Source: an uncultured Clostridia bacterium
GTDB taxonomy: Bacteria > Bacillota > Clostridia > TANB77 > CAG-508
DNA length: 64,000 nt
Assembly: GCA_944386165.1 (NCBI GenBank)
Contig: CALXAA010000002.1
Coordinates: forward strand, 32,695 to 96,694
Reading direction: 5' to 3'
Below the pieces are notes generated by a model. That model did no database searches. It saw only the letters and a program-made list of their open reading frames with translations, and was not told the origin of the DNA. The position numbers were made by a program, and so were the translations under genes. The first letter of the stretch is position 1; each line of letters begins with the position of its first letter. This document shows positions 1 through 8,634 of the stretch, piece after piece.

Positions 1-507
1 CCTGTTGTCTTGTTTAATAAAAATCCCCAATTTCCATTATGTCTATCTGTATTTCCTATTAAGCTATCTATTACAAACATATCCCAAAATTTTTCTTTTG
101 TTTCTATATTATTTATCATTTTGCTTTCTTCTATAACTTCCATTATATCATTTAATTCAGTTTCAATTTTTTTGTCTGGATTAGTACTTAGTGCTAAATT
201 TTCAAATTCATATAAAACATGTTTTTCATCTGTAAAGTCTTCACAAGCACATACAATTTTTTCTTTTCCATTATATTGATATTTTCCTAGTATTGTATTT
301 TGCGTTTTTATTCCTACAATTTTAAATATGTTACTTCCAATGTATTCAGAAAAAGCATTATTTATATATGATATATTCTTATTTTTTTCTCTAATTGGAT
401 CTGGAAATTTGACTAAATATTTATGATCATTATATATTAAAGTCTTCTTTTTTTCTGATCCTCTATAACTATTAAGTTGTTCTATTGCATTAGTAAAATC
501 AATCATT
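1..507 (-). CDS. HipA_C-domain Ser/Thr kinase-like protein, N-terminal part only (gene runs off window start)
   Basis: Minus-strand frame is open from ATG at 507 (RBS GGAGGAA 5 nt upstream) to position 1 with no stop; translation MIDFTNAIEQLNSYRG..EYIGSNIFKIVGIKTQ..FVIDSLIGNTDRHNGNWGFLL carries a HipA_C-type catalytic-loop signature; missing from the ORF track because no stop falls inside the window. Confidence 0.5.
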
Positions 508-604
508 TTTCTTCCTCCACTCTTTGTATATTAAAAGTATAACATAAACAATTAAATTTTACCATATTAAAAATAAAAAAAGCAAAAATAGAACATGCAC
601 TAAT

Positions 605-2801
605 TTATCTAAGTCTTAATGCATTTAATATTACTGTAATACTGCTTAATACCATGGCTACACTTGCTATCATTGGATTTATTGAAATTCCTATTGGTTT
701 TAATATTCCAATTGCTATTGGTATCATTAAACAGTTATAGAAAAACGCCCAGAATAGATTTTGTTTGATATTTCGTATTGTTTTTTTGCTGATATTTATT
801 AATTTTATAATACTGTTTAAGTCATTATTTGTTAATATTACTTCTGAAGAATCCATTGCTATATCTGTTCCACTATTTACACTTATTCCAATATCTGCAT
901 TTGCAAGTGCTGGACTGTCATTTATTCCATCTCCACACATCATTACAAATTTGTTTTGTTGTTTTAATTCTTTTATTGTGTTTGTTTTTTCTGCTGGTAA
1001 TACATTAGATATTACTTTTGTTATTCCTATTTCTTTTGCTATTTTTTCTGCAGTTTCTTTGTTGTCTCCTGTTAGCATAATTGTTTCTATTTTCATCTTA
1101 GATAATTGTTCTATAACTTCTTTGCTTTCTTCTCTTATTACATCATTTACTCCTATGATGCCTAATATTTCTTTGTCTTTTACTACATAAATAATGCTAT
1201 TCCCTTTTTCTGCTAATTTCTTTTCATCTTCTATATGATTATTTTTGATATTGTATTTTTCTATTATTTTTGAGTTTCCTAGTAATATCTTTTCTTGATT
1301 TATTTTTCCTGTTATTCCTAAACCAGCAATATTTTCAAATTCTTGTACTTCTAATACACTAATTTTATTTTCTTCTAAATAATCTGTAAATGCTTTTCCT
1401 ATTGGATGTGTTGATTTACTTTCTATGCTTCCGAGCTAGTTGTAATAAGCTATTTTGTTCAAGAGAACTATAATTGATTACTTCTGCTATTTTTAGTTTT
1501 CCATATGTTAAAGTTCCTGTTTTGTCAAAAACTATTGTGTTTACTTTTTGTGCATTTTCTAAAATTTCACTTTTCTTTATTAAAATTCCGTTTGATGCAC
1601 ATTTTCCTTCACTTACAACTATTGCAAGAGGTGTTGCTAATCCTAAACTACAAGGACAGGCTACAACTAATACTGTTACAAATGTTGTTATTGCTGTTCC
1701 AATGTCTTTTCCAATGGCTAAATATGCAATAAATGTAATAATTGCTATAGCAATTACTGCTGGCACAAAATATCCAGATACTTTATCTGCTATTTTTGCT
1801 ATTGGTGCTTTAGTGTTACTTGCTTCAACAACTAGTCTTACAATTTCAGATACAGTTGATTCTCTTCCTATTTTTTCTGCTTTATATTCAATATATCCAT
1901 CATAATTTAAGCTTCCTGCAATTACTTTGCTTCCAACTTCTTTAGATGTTGGCTTACTTTCTCCTGTTATAAATGATTCATCTAAATGTGCTTTTCCAGT
2001 TATTATTTCTCCATCTACTGCAATTTTTTCTCCTGCTTTTGATACAACAATGTCTCCTTTATGTATTTCATCAAGTGTTACTTGTTTTTCTACTCCATTT
2101 ACTTTTATTACTGCTGTATTTGGGGTAATTTTTACTAATTTTTGTATTGCTTCTTTTGTTTTGTCTTTACTAAGTCCATCAATATATCTGCCAAGTTTTA
2201 TAAAATAAATTACTATACTTGCAGACTCAAAATATAAATTCATAACTTGTGTATGGTCTCCAGCCAATACTAAATACATATTATATAAACTATATAAAAA
2301 GCTTGTTATAACACCTATTCCTACTAAGGTGTCCATATTGGGTGTTTTGTGTATTAAATTTTTGTATCCGTTTTTTAAAATATCAAATCCATACCACATA
2401 AAGCATATAGTTAAAATTAGTAAACTAATCATATAGTTTGTAGAATTTGTGTGAGGATCAAGAAATGGGATTGTTGGTAAATTTATCATATGTCCCATTG
2501 ATATATACATTAGAACTATTGCTAAAATAGTAAATACAATAAATTTTATTTTTTCTTTTTTACTTTTTTCTTCAAATTTAATTTCTTTAAATTCTCCTAA
2601 GCTCTTGAACCCTGCTTGTTTTACAAATTCTTCTATTTTTTCTTGATTTAAAATATTTTCATCATAATCTACAGTTGCATTTGCCATTACTAAATTAACT
2701 GATGCATTATAAACTCCATTTTGTTTGTTTAAATATTTTTCTAATCCATTTGAACAGGCACTGCAAGTCATTCCATCAATTGATAAAATAATTTTTTTCA
2801 T
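605..2801 (-). pseudogene. copA: Copper-translocating P-type ATPase CopA, disrupted by a +1 frameshift near 1433
   Basis: N-terminal ORF 1416..2801 has the HMA motif GMTCSAC, the CPC transmembrane metal site and DKTGTLT; the C-terminal frame (open from about 1430, first Met at 1096) has MLTGDN and GDGINDSPALA. The two frames join if one C is removed from GCT-C-GGA (minus-strand reading) at about 1433. Confidence 0.8.
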
Positions 2802-2833
2802 TTTTATTTTATTCCTTTCTAAATGCCTTGAAA

Positions 2834-3049
2834 TTATTTTTCAACTTCAAATCCAATGTCTTCAATTTTATCTTTTAGAGTGCTTTCTTCAACTTCGTCT
2901 TTTGATGTTACTTTTACTATTCCATTTGTGTAATTTGCCTCTACTTCTTCTACTCCATCTATTGTTTTTAGAGCATTTTTAACTCTATTTTCACATCCAT
3001 TACATACCATACCTTTTACATTTATTATTGTTTCTTTCATTTTAATCAC
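2834..3049 (-). CDS. copZ: Copper chaperone CopZ (HMA domain)
   Basis: 71 aa with a GMVCNGC metal-binding motif, immediately upstream of copA. Confidence 0.85.
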   Translation of the reverse strand: MIKMKETIINVKGMVCNGCENRVKNALKTIDGVEEVEANYTNGIVKVTSKDEVEESTLKDKIEDIGFEVEK

Positions 3050-3101
3050 ATTCCTTTCTTAAATTACAAATTTGTGCAGAATTATTCTGCTGTTTTAATA
3101 T

Positions 3102-3521
3102 TTACTTTTTTTCTAATAAATTTTCGAATTTATCACTAAATTCTTTTGCATGTTTTTTTAAGTTTATTGGTCTTAATTCTATGTTAGTAAAACAATGCTT
3201 TGTTTCTCCAATAAGTACTGTTTTTCCTGTTTTTTTGTCTTTTACATCATACCCTACTGTCATTCTTACTCCTGTATATTCTTTTACAAAAGGTGTTATT
3301 ATTATGATATCTCCAAATGTAACATGATATTTATATTCACAACTTACACCTAAAACAGGAATTGTTATTCCATTTTCTTCTAATAGTGAAAATGGCATTC
3401 CTACACTTTCTAGCCAAGAGCATCTTGCTTCTTCTAAAAATCTAATATAATTTGAGTGGTGTACTACTCCCATTCTGTCTGTTTCATAATAATTGATTTT
3501 TCTTTCAAATGTAAAACTCAT
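3102..3521 (-). CDS. Acyl-CoA thioesterase, YbgC/4HBT hotdog family
   Basis: 139 aa; N-terminus YYETDRMGVVHHSNYIRFLEEAR is typical of 4HBT thioesterases. Confidence 0.65.
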   Translation of the reverse strand: MSFTFERKINYYETDRMGVVHHSNYIRFLEEARCSWLESVGMPFSLLEENGITIPVLGVSCEYKYHVTFGDIIIITPFVKEYTGVRMTVGYDVKDKKTGKTVLIGETKHCFTNIELRPINLKKHAKEFSDKFENLLEKK

Positions 3522-3537
3522 TGTATTCTCCTTCCTG

Positions 3538-3927
3538 TTATTTGTTAAATTTTTTGAATAAACTTATTAACTCATCTATTACTTCAAGTTTACCATTTTC
3601 TAAATCTCTTGTTACACAACTATATAAATGATTTTCTAGTATATGGTTTGATAAACTTTTTATTGAGTTTTCAATAGCAGATAATTGAATTAAAACATCA
3701 TTGCAATATGCATCTTCCCCAATCATTTTTTTGATTCCTTTTAGTTGCCCTTCTATTCTGTTTATTCTGTTATTGATAATTTTCTTTTCTTCTTCTCCTC
3801 TTATTGTTTTTTTATTACAACAAAGTTCTTTTTCCATTCCTGTTTCTCGTATAATTGAAATGTATTTCTTATACGAAATTCTCCTTTCTTTGTTTTTGGA
3901 TTTTAAAGAATTTTTTATCTTTAACAT
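3538..3927 (-). CDS. csoR: CsoR/RcnR-family copper-sensing repressor (true start probably the Met at 3837, MEKELCC..)
   Basis: RINRIEGQLKGI plus conserved C..H..C ligand pattern of the CsoR (DUF156) family; heads the copZ-copA operon. Confidence 0.8.
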   Translation of the reverse strand: MLKIKNSLKSKNKERRISYKKYISIIRETGMEKELCCNKKTIRGEEEKKIINNRINRIEGQLKGIKKMIGEDAYCNDVLIQLSAIENSIKSLSNHILENHLYSCVTRDLENGKLEVIDELISLFKKFNK

Positions 3928-3932
3928 TTAGT

Positions 3933-3961
3933 ATTATATACCATAAGGGGTATTTTGTAAA
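3933..3961 (-). promoter_or_regulatory. sigmaA-type promoter (TTTACA-17-TATAAT on minus strand) with a CsoR-box-like GC-rich pseudo-palindrome ATACCCCTTATGGTAT (3938..3953) in the spacer
   Basis: Read directly on the reverse strand upstream of csoR. A second half-site-like AGAGAGGGTATATA lies at 3961..3974. GC-rich palindromes are rare in this AT-rich DNA. Confidence 0.5.
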
Positions 3962-4059
3962 GAGAGGGTATATAGCTAGAAAACTTTATTTTTTAAGAGT
4001 TTTGAGTTTTCTTTTTAAAAATATATTTTTCATAATTTTATTTTATAAAACTTATTTAA

Positions 4060-5333
4060 CTACTTTTTATTCAATTTATATTTTCTATTCTTATTAGCTC
4101 CTTCAGATATTAATATATTTTTAGCCACTAAACTTCTTAATATTGTTTTTGCTTTTGTATCTTTTAAGTCGAATTTTTCTTTTACAATATTATTTGTTAT
4201 ATATTTATTTTGCTGTAAATATTCGATTATTAAATCTTCAATATTAAGATTATTTATCGGCGTTTTATCGGCGTTTATCGGCGTTTTATCGGCACCTATA
4301 CTTGATAAACTATTTAACGTTTCTTCATTATCCCCTAATGGAATTATAGTTCTAAAAATGTCATCTTCTTTTAATATTGGCACACCACCCGAATATATTT
4401 TTGTATATTTAACCATATTTCTTACACCAGAGCCAAGTTCATCTGCTAGTCCTATTTCTTTAAAGAATTTTGCTATTTTAGGATTTTTAGGATAAGGTTC
4501 ATATGTGTTAATATCAATAGTTCCAATCATTTTGGCTCTATTTGCATTTTCTGTTCTCATACAATTTTTTTCTATAATTAGTTTTGCTGGATATGGATTA
4601 GAAAATTCACGGTGTATAAGAAGATTTGCACATAATTCTCTTGCTATTTTATTTCTTACATCTATTCTTTGCGTTCCTTCTATATAAAATTTATCGTCTA
4701 AATGTTTTTCTATAAATGCTATTAGTCTTTCATAACTTTCAATTAAATTTGTTCTTATGTCATCTCTATCATCATATCTGTCCATACATGATTTTTGCTA
4801 CTATTATTTATTGCCATTTGTCTTGCTCTTTTTATTAAATCTTCTCTTAGGTCAGACATTTCAGCATATGGAAATACTTTATTTTCTGTATAAAAACTTT
4901 GTTTTCTGGCATAAATATTTGCTATTCTTTCTGATATTTTTACTTTATAGTCTCCATCTTCATTTCTATCGAAAACAGTTCCATTAGTTCTATGTACCAT
5001 TGAACTTTCATGAACATATATATGTAGTATTTTCTTTTTTTCAATTTCGTATTCTCTTATGTTTAAATATACTGTTGGATCTATTTTTTCTGGATTACTA
5101 CATAAGTTTGTGAAGTCTTTTTTTAGTTTTGTTATATTTTCTTTATCTATGCCAATTATTTTTCCATTATCTGCAATTCCTAAGAAAATGTGTCCTCCAT
5201 TTCTGTTTAAAAATGCACATACTGTTTCAAATAGTGTTTGTGGTAAGTTTTTATTTGCTTCTTTAAATTCTGTTGTAACTCCTTCTCCGCTTCTTATAAT
5301 TTCTAATAATTCATTTGGAATTTTATCTGTCAT
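4060..5333 (-). pseudogene. AlbA_2 (Schlafen-like DNA-binding) + HATPase_c_4 (RecG C-terminal-like) ATP-binding protein, split by a -1 frameshift in an A5 run near 4780
   Basis: ORF 4755..5333 has the AlbA_2 signature (TTEFKEA..LFETVCAFLNRNGGHIFLGIADNGKIIGI). ORF 4060..4785 has the HATPase_c_4 signature (ELCANLLIHREF..NPKIAKFFKEIGLADELGSGVRNM). The frames overlap by 31 nt; adding one A to the agcAAAAAtcatg run restores a single frame. Confidence 0.6.
4248..4300. repeat. Tandem 11-12 nt microsatellite (ttatcggcgtt)x4 inside a CDS, encoding an ADKTPIN duplication
   Basis: tttatcggcgttttatcggcgtttatcggcgttttatcggcacc read directly; GC-rich relative to surroundings. Confidence 0.8.
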
Positions 5334-5455
5334 ATTTATGCCTTTTTTTCGAAAATCTGTTTGTATTTAATCATGAATATAATTCATTGTCAATGAAATA
5401 AACTGTTTTTATTCAAATTCTTTTCGACAAAAAATGAGAAGATTTGATTTTCTCC

Positions 5456-6700
5456 TCATTTTATTATTATATTTGTAGATAATTTATTAGAATTAATTTC
5501 CTTTATAAATAATATACTTAAAAGTATCAAAGAAATATATAGGAACAAGGATGTTCTCTCTCCTGAAGCAAAAACTGTTGGAGAAAACATCATTACAAAT
5601 CTACTTATAAATCCACAGAAGTAAATTAAACTTCCTATAAATTGTTTTTGCTTACTATCTTTAAATACTAGTAAAATTCCAAATTCAATAAATATAAGTA
5701 TTAAACAATATATTACAAAATTTCCAATCTGAAACAATTGTGAATTAATTATTTCACCATCTAAAATTCTATATAAATATTTTAAAAATATAGTTAGTGC
5801 CAATGGGAATGTCCCAATAATTTTAATTATAATGTTATTTGTTTTAAAATAAACACTATACCATAACAATATTTCAAAAATATAAAATATAACTCTACCA
5901 TCTTTTATCATATAATCCATCATAGAATTTATACCATTAGAAATCTTTGTCATTAATGAAATTTCTGAAAATCCATTATACCATGTAATTTCTTCTCTTA
6001 GCTTTCTCTCAGTATTTCCTGGGCATGTCAATATAAAAATAATAGAAAAAATAATTATCAGATATGTAATTACTATAATTGGTTTTATATTTTTGCTTTT
6101 TATTAAATAAATTATTCCAATTGAGTATACTATAAATAAAATTCCTGCCATTTGTTCCTGATTACATGCATATATTAAACATATATAATGTATAATTTTT
6201 TGATAAACATTTATTTTTTCTCTTTTTATAATTTTTTTTAAAAACAATATTGTATATAATCCTGTTGAAGCAACCCATAAATAATTAGTTGATGTTGCTA
6301 TCCATCCAGCTTCAAAATATAGAGAAAATGGAATTAAAAATATTAATATACTAATATAAGTATTAATTATTTTAATATTTTCATTTTTATGTATAATCAA
6401 TAATTTAGAAATAGAATAAACTAATAAATAAAATATTCCTAAATTAGAAATCTTCCAAACAGATACCGGTAAATATTTTGCAAATATTACTAATATTGTT
6501 TCAATAATTACTCTAGAAGACCATGTATTATACCTTTCAGTAATAAAAGTAAATAAATTTTTATTTTCATTAACAATTGCAAACCAAACATCATCTCCAC
6601 TTTTTTCCATAAAAAAACTTAGAAAGGTATAAATCATAATTAGTATAAGAAAAGGAAATTTGTCTGATTTATATATTTTTTTAATATATTCCTTAATCAT
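5456..6700 (-). CDS. Polytopic membrane protein (10+ predicted TM segments), function unknown
   Basis: 414-aa ORF, highly hydrophobic with repeated aromatic-rich helices; 1-nt gap to the upstream sigma-fusion gene suggests co-transcription. Confidence 0.45.
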   Translation of the reverse strand: MIKEYIKKIYKSDKFPFLILIMIYTFLSFFMEKSGDDVWFAIVNENKNLFTFITERYNTWSSRVIIETILVIFAKYLPVSVWKISNLGIFYLLVYSISKLLIIHKNENIKIINTYISILIFLIPFSLYFEAGWIATSTNYLWVASTGLYTILFLKKIIKREKINVYQKIIHYICLIYACNQEQMAGILFIVYSIGIIYLIKSKNIKPIIVITYLIIIFSIIFILTCPGNTERKLREEITWYNGFSEISLMTKISNGINSMMDYMIKDGRVIFYIFEILLWYSVYFKTNNIIIKIIGTFPLALTIFLKYLYRILDGEIINSQLFQIGNFVIYCLILIFIEFGILLVFKDSKQKQFIGSLIYFCGFISRFVMMFSPTVFASGERTSLFLYISLILLSILFIKEINSNKLSTNIIIK

Positions 6701-6701
6701 T

Positions 6702-8516
6702 CTATTTTTCCCTTCTTATGTATTCAATTTCATACTTGTCCAATAAATCTATTGTAATCTTTCCATCTTTCAATGCATTTTCTACATCAAAATAATCACC
6801 ATCTTTAAAATATACTATTACATAGGCAACTTTACGAGTTGGAAAATAATATTCATAATTTTCATCTTCATAAAACTTGTACTCTCCTTCTGTAGCAACA
6901 TATTTACTACTATCAATAGCTGTATAATCTATTATTTTAGGGTCATCTAATTCTTCTTTTTTTTCTAATATATCTGTATTATCTACTTTTAAGGCAAAAT
7001 ATGGATTATTAGAATTTGCTTCTTTCATAAATATAATAAATTGGTCATCAAAATAACAATATCTTGGTTCATTTGATACTCCCATTATCTCTGCTACTAA
7101 TGTTGCTTGACTAGATAAATTACATCCTTTTTCATTTAAATAAAAGTTTACATTTTGTACTACATCTGTAAAATAGAAAATTGTGTCTTTTATTGTTTTA
7201 TTATATAATTCGTTATATGCAATCATTCCATTTACTCTAACATAAGGAATTCTTAATTCATCTTCTTTTAGAAATTCTTTACTGCCAGTATATGTATTTG
7301 CTTTCTCTTGAATGTCATTATAATATTCATCAAAATTTTTATTTTCGTTTGTTCTGTATAGAATAATTTCGTCTCCTTCTTGTGTTTTTAATTTAATTGC
7401 AAAATCATCACTTTCTGTATTATTTTCATCTTTACTATTAAAAAACATAACTTCAATATTTTTATTCATTTCTTCAGAACTTGCATTGTTAATTCCAAAA
7501 TATTTTATTGGTTCTTCACTATCTCCAAATGTCCAATTATAATTATCGCTAAAATTGTCAAATTCTTCTAAAAAATGTAATTCTTTATTTAGTGATGTAT
7601 CTATTTTATATCCTCCTGTTAAAGTTCTTTCTACAGTAACATTATAATCATTTTCGTCTAACATATCTTTTGTAAAAGTACTTGAATTTAAATCATCAAC
7701 AATTGGTAGATTTCCATCTTCTAAATCAATTCTTTCTCTTCCTAATTGATTTTCTAATTCTTTCCATGCTAAGTCTATTGTTCCTACCCATAAGTTGTTT
7801 ATTGTCTTTTCATCTAATGTACTTTGGTAAGATGGATTCATTGATATATTATGATTTGTATTATTTTTTATATAATTATTGTAAATTACTGTTCCGGCAT
7901 AAACTACTCCTGATAACAATGCTCCAACTAATATTACTATTAATATAACTTTTAAAGATTTATTCATTTCATCAAATCCTTTCTTTATTAAAATTTTTCG
8001 TAATTCTTTTTTGCCTCTATGTACAAGATTTTTTATGTTCTGGACAGTTTCTCCAAGTATTTGGGCTGTTTCTTTATATGATAGTTCTTCTATATTGACT
8101 AAATATATTGCATTTTTGTATTTTTCATCTAACATATTTATTGCTTCAAGTATTTCTTTTCTTTTTTCATTTTCTGTTATAATGTCTATTATGTCATTTT
8201 CTATTTGGTTATTTTCTTTTGAAAAATATTGCTCATTTATTTCCTTTTTTCTGTTTTCCATATTTATATAGTTATATGCTCTACATTTTGCTATTAAAAA
8301 TATATAATATTTAAAGGAATATTTTTCTTGCATTTTGTTTTGGATAATGTAAATAAACACTTCTTGAGTAATATCTTCAGCTTTTTGATAATCTTTTACT
8401 ATGTTGAAAACAAAATACTTTATTTTTTCTTTATATTTATTGTAAAGAATTTCAAAAGCATCTTTTTGCCCATTTAAATATTCATTGTATAGTTTCATGT
8501 CTATGTCTTTTTCCAT
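6702..8516 (-). CDS. ECF (sigma-70 family) sigma factor fused to a TM helix and a ~400-aa extracytoplasmic domain
   Basis: N-terminal ~190 aa have sigma region 2 (DITQEVFIYII) and region 4 HTH (ELSYKETAQILGETVQNIKNLVHRGKKELRKIL); then a TM segment LKVILIVILVGALLSGVVYAG; then an acidic, Asn/Tyr-rich extracellular-like domain. Confidence 0.65.
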   Translation of the reverse strand: MEKDIDMKLYNEYLNGQKDAFEILYNKYKEKIKYFVFNIVKDYQKAEDITQEVFIYIIQNKMQEKYSFKYYIFLIAKCRAYNYINMENRKKEINEQYFSKENNQIENDIIDIITENEKRKEILEAINMLDEKYKNAIYLVNIEELSYKETAQILGETVQNIKNLVHRGKKELRKILIKKGFDEMNKSLKVILIVILVGALLSGVVYAGTVIYNNYIKNNTNHNISMNPSYQSTLDEKTINNLWVGTIDLAWKELENQLGRERIDLEDGNLPIVDDLNSSTFTKDMLDENDYNVTVERTLTGGYKIDTSLNKELHFLEEFDNFSDNYNWTFGDSEEPIKYFGINNASSEEMNKNIEVMFFNSKDENNTESDDFAIKLKTQEGDEIILYRTNENKNFDEYYNDIQEKANTYTGSKEFLKEDELRIPYVRVNGMIAYNELYNKTIKDTIFYFTDVVQNVNFYLNEKGCNLSSQATLVAEIMGVSNEPRYCYFDDQFIIFMKEANSNNPYFALKVDNTDILEKKEELDDPKIIDYTAIDSSKYVATEGEYKFYEDENYEYYFPTRKVAYVIVYFKDGDYFDVENALKDGKITIDLLDKYEIEYIRREK

Positions 8517-8634
8517 TTCTATCCTCCTTTCATTTATACAAACAGATTAAAATTAAAAAAGTTTCAGTTTATAAAATTTCTTATCAAAAAAAGCAACACA
8601 AAATTTAAACTTTTGTAGTGCTATATATCCTTTT

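Noticed and set aside
10-279. Plus-strand ORF 10..279 and most other plus-strand track ORFs (e.g. 765..1190, 1474..1905, 21638..22105, 32521..33102)
   Set aside because: They lie antisense to well-supported minus-strand genes, are low-complexity Phe/Leu/Ile-rich translations of AT-rich DNA, and lack RBS. 10..279 overlaps the HipA_C-like gene
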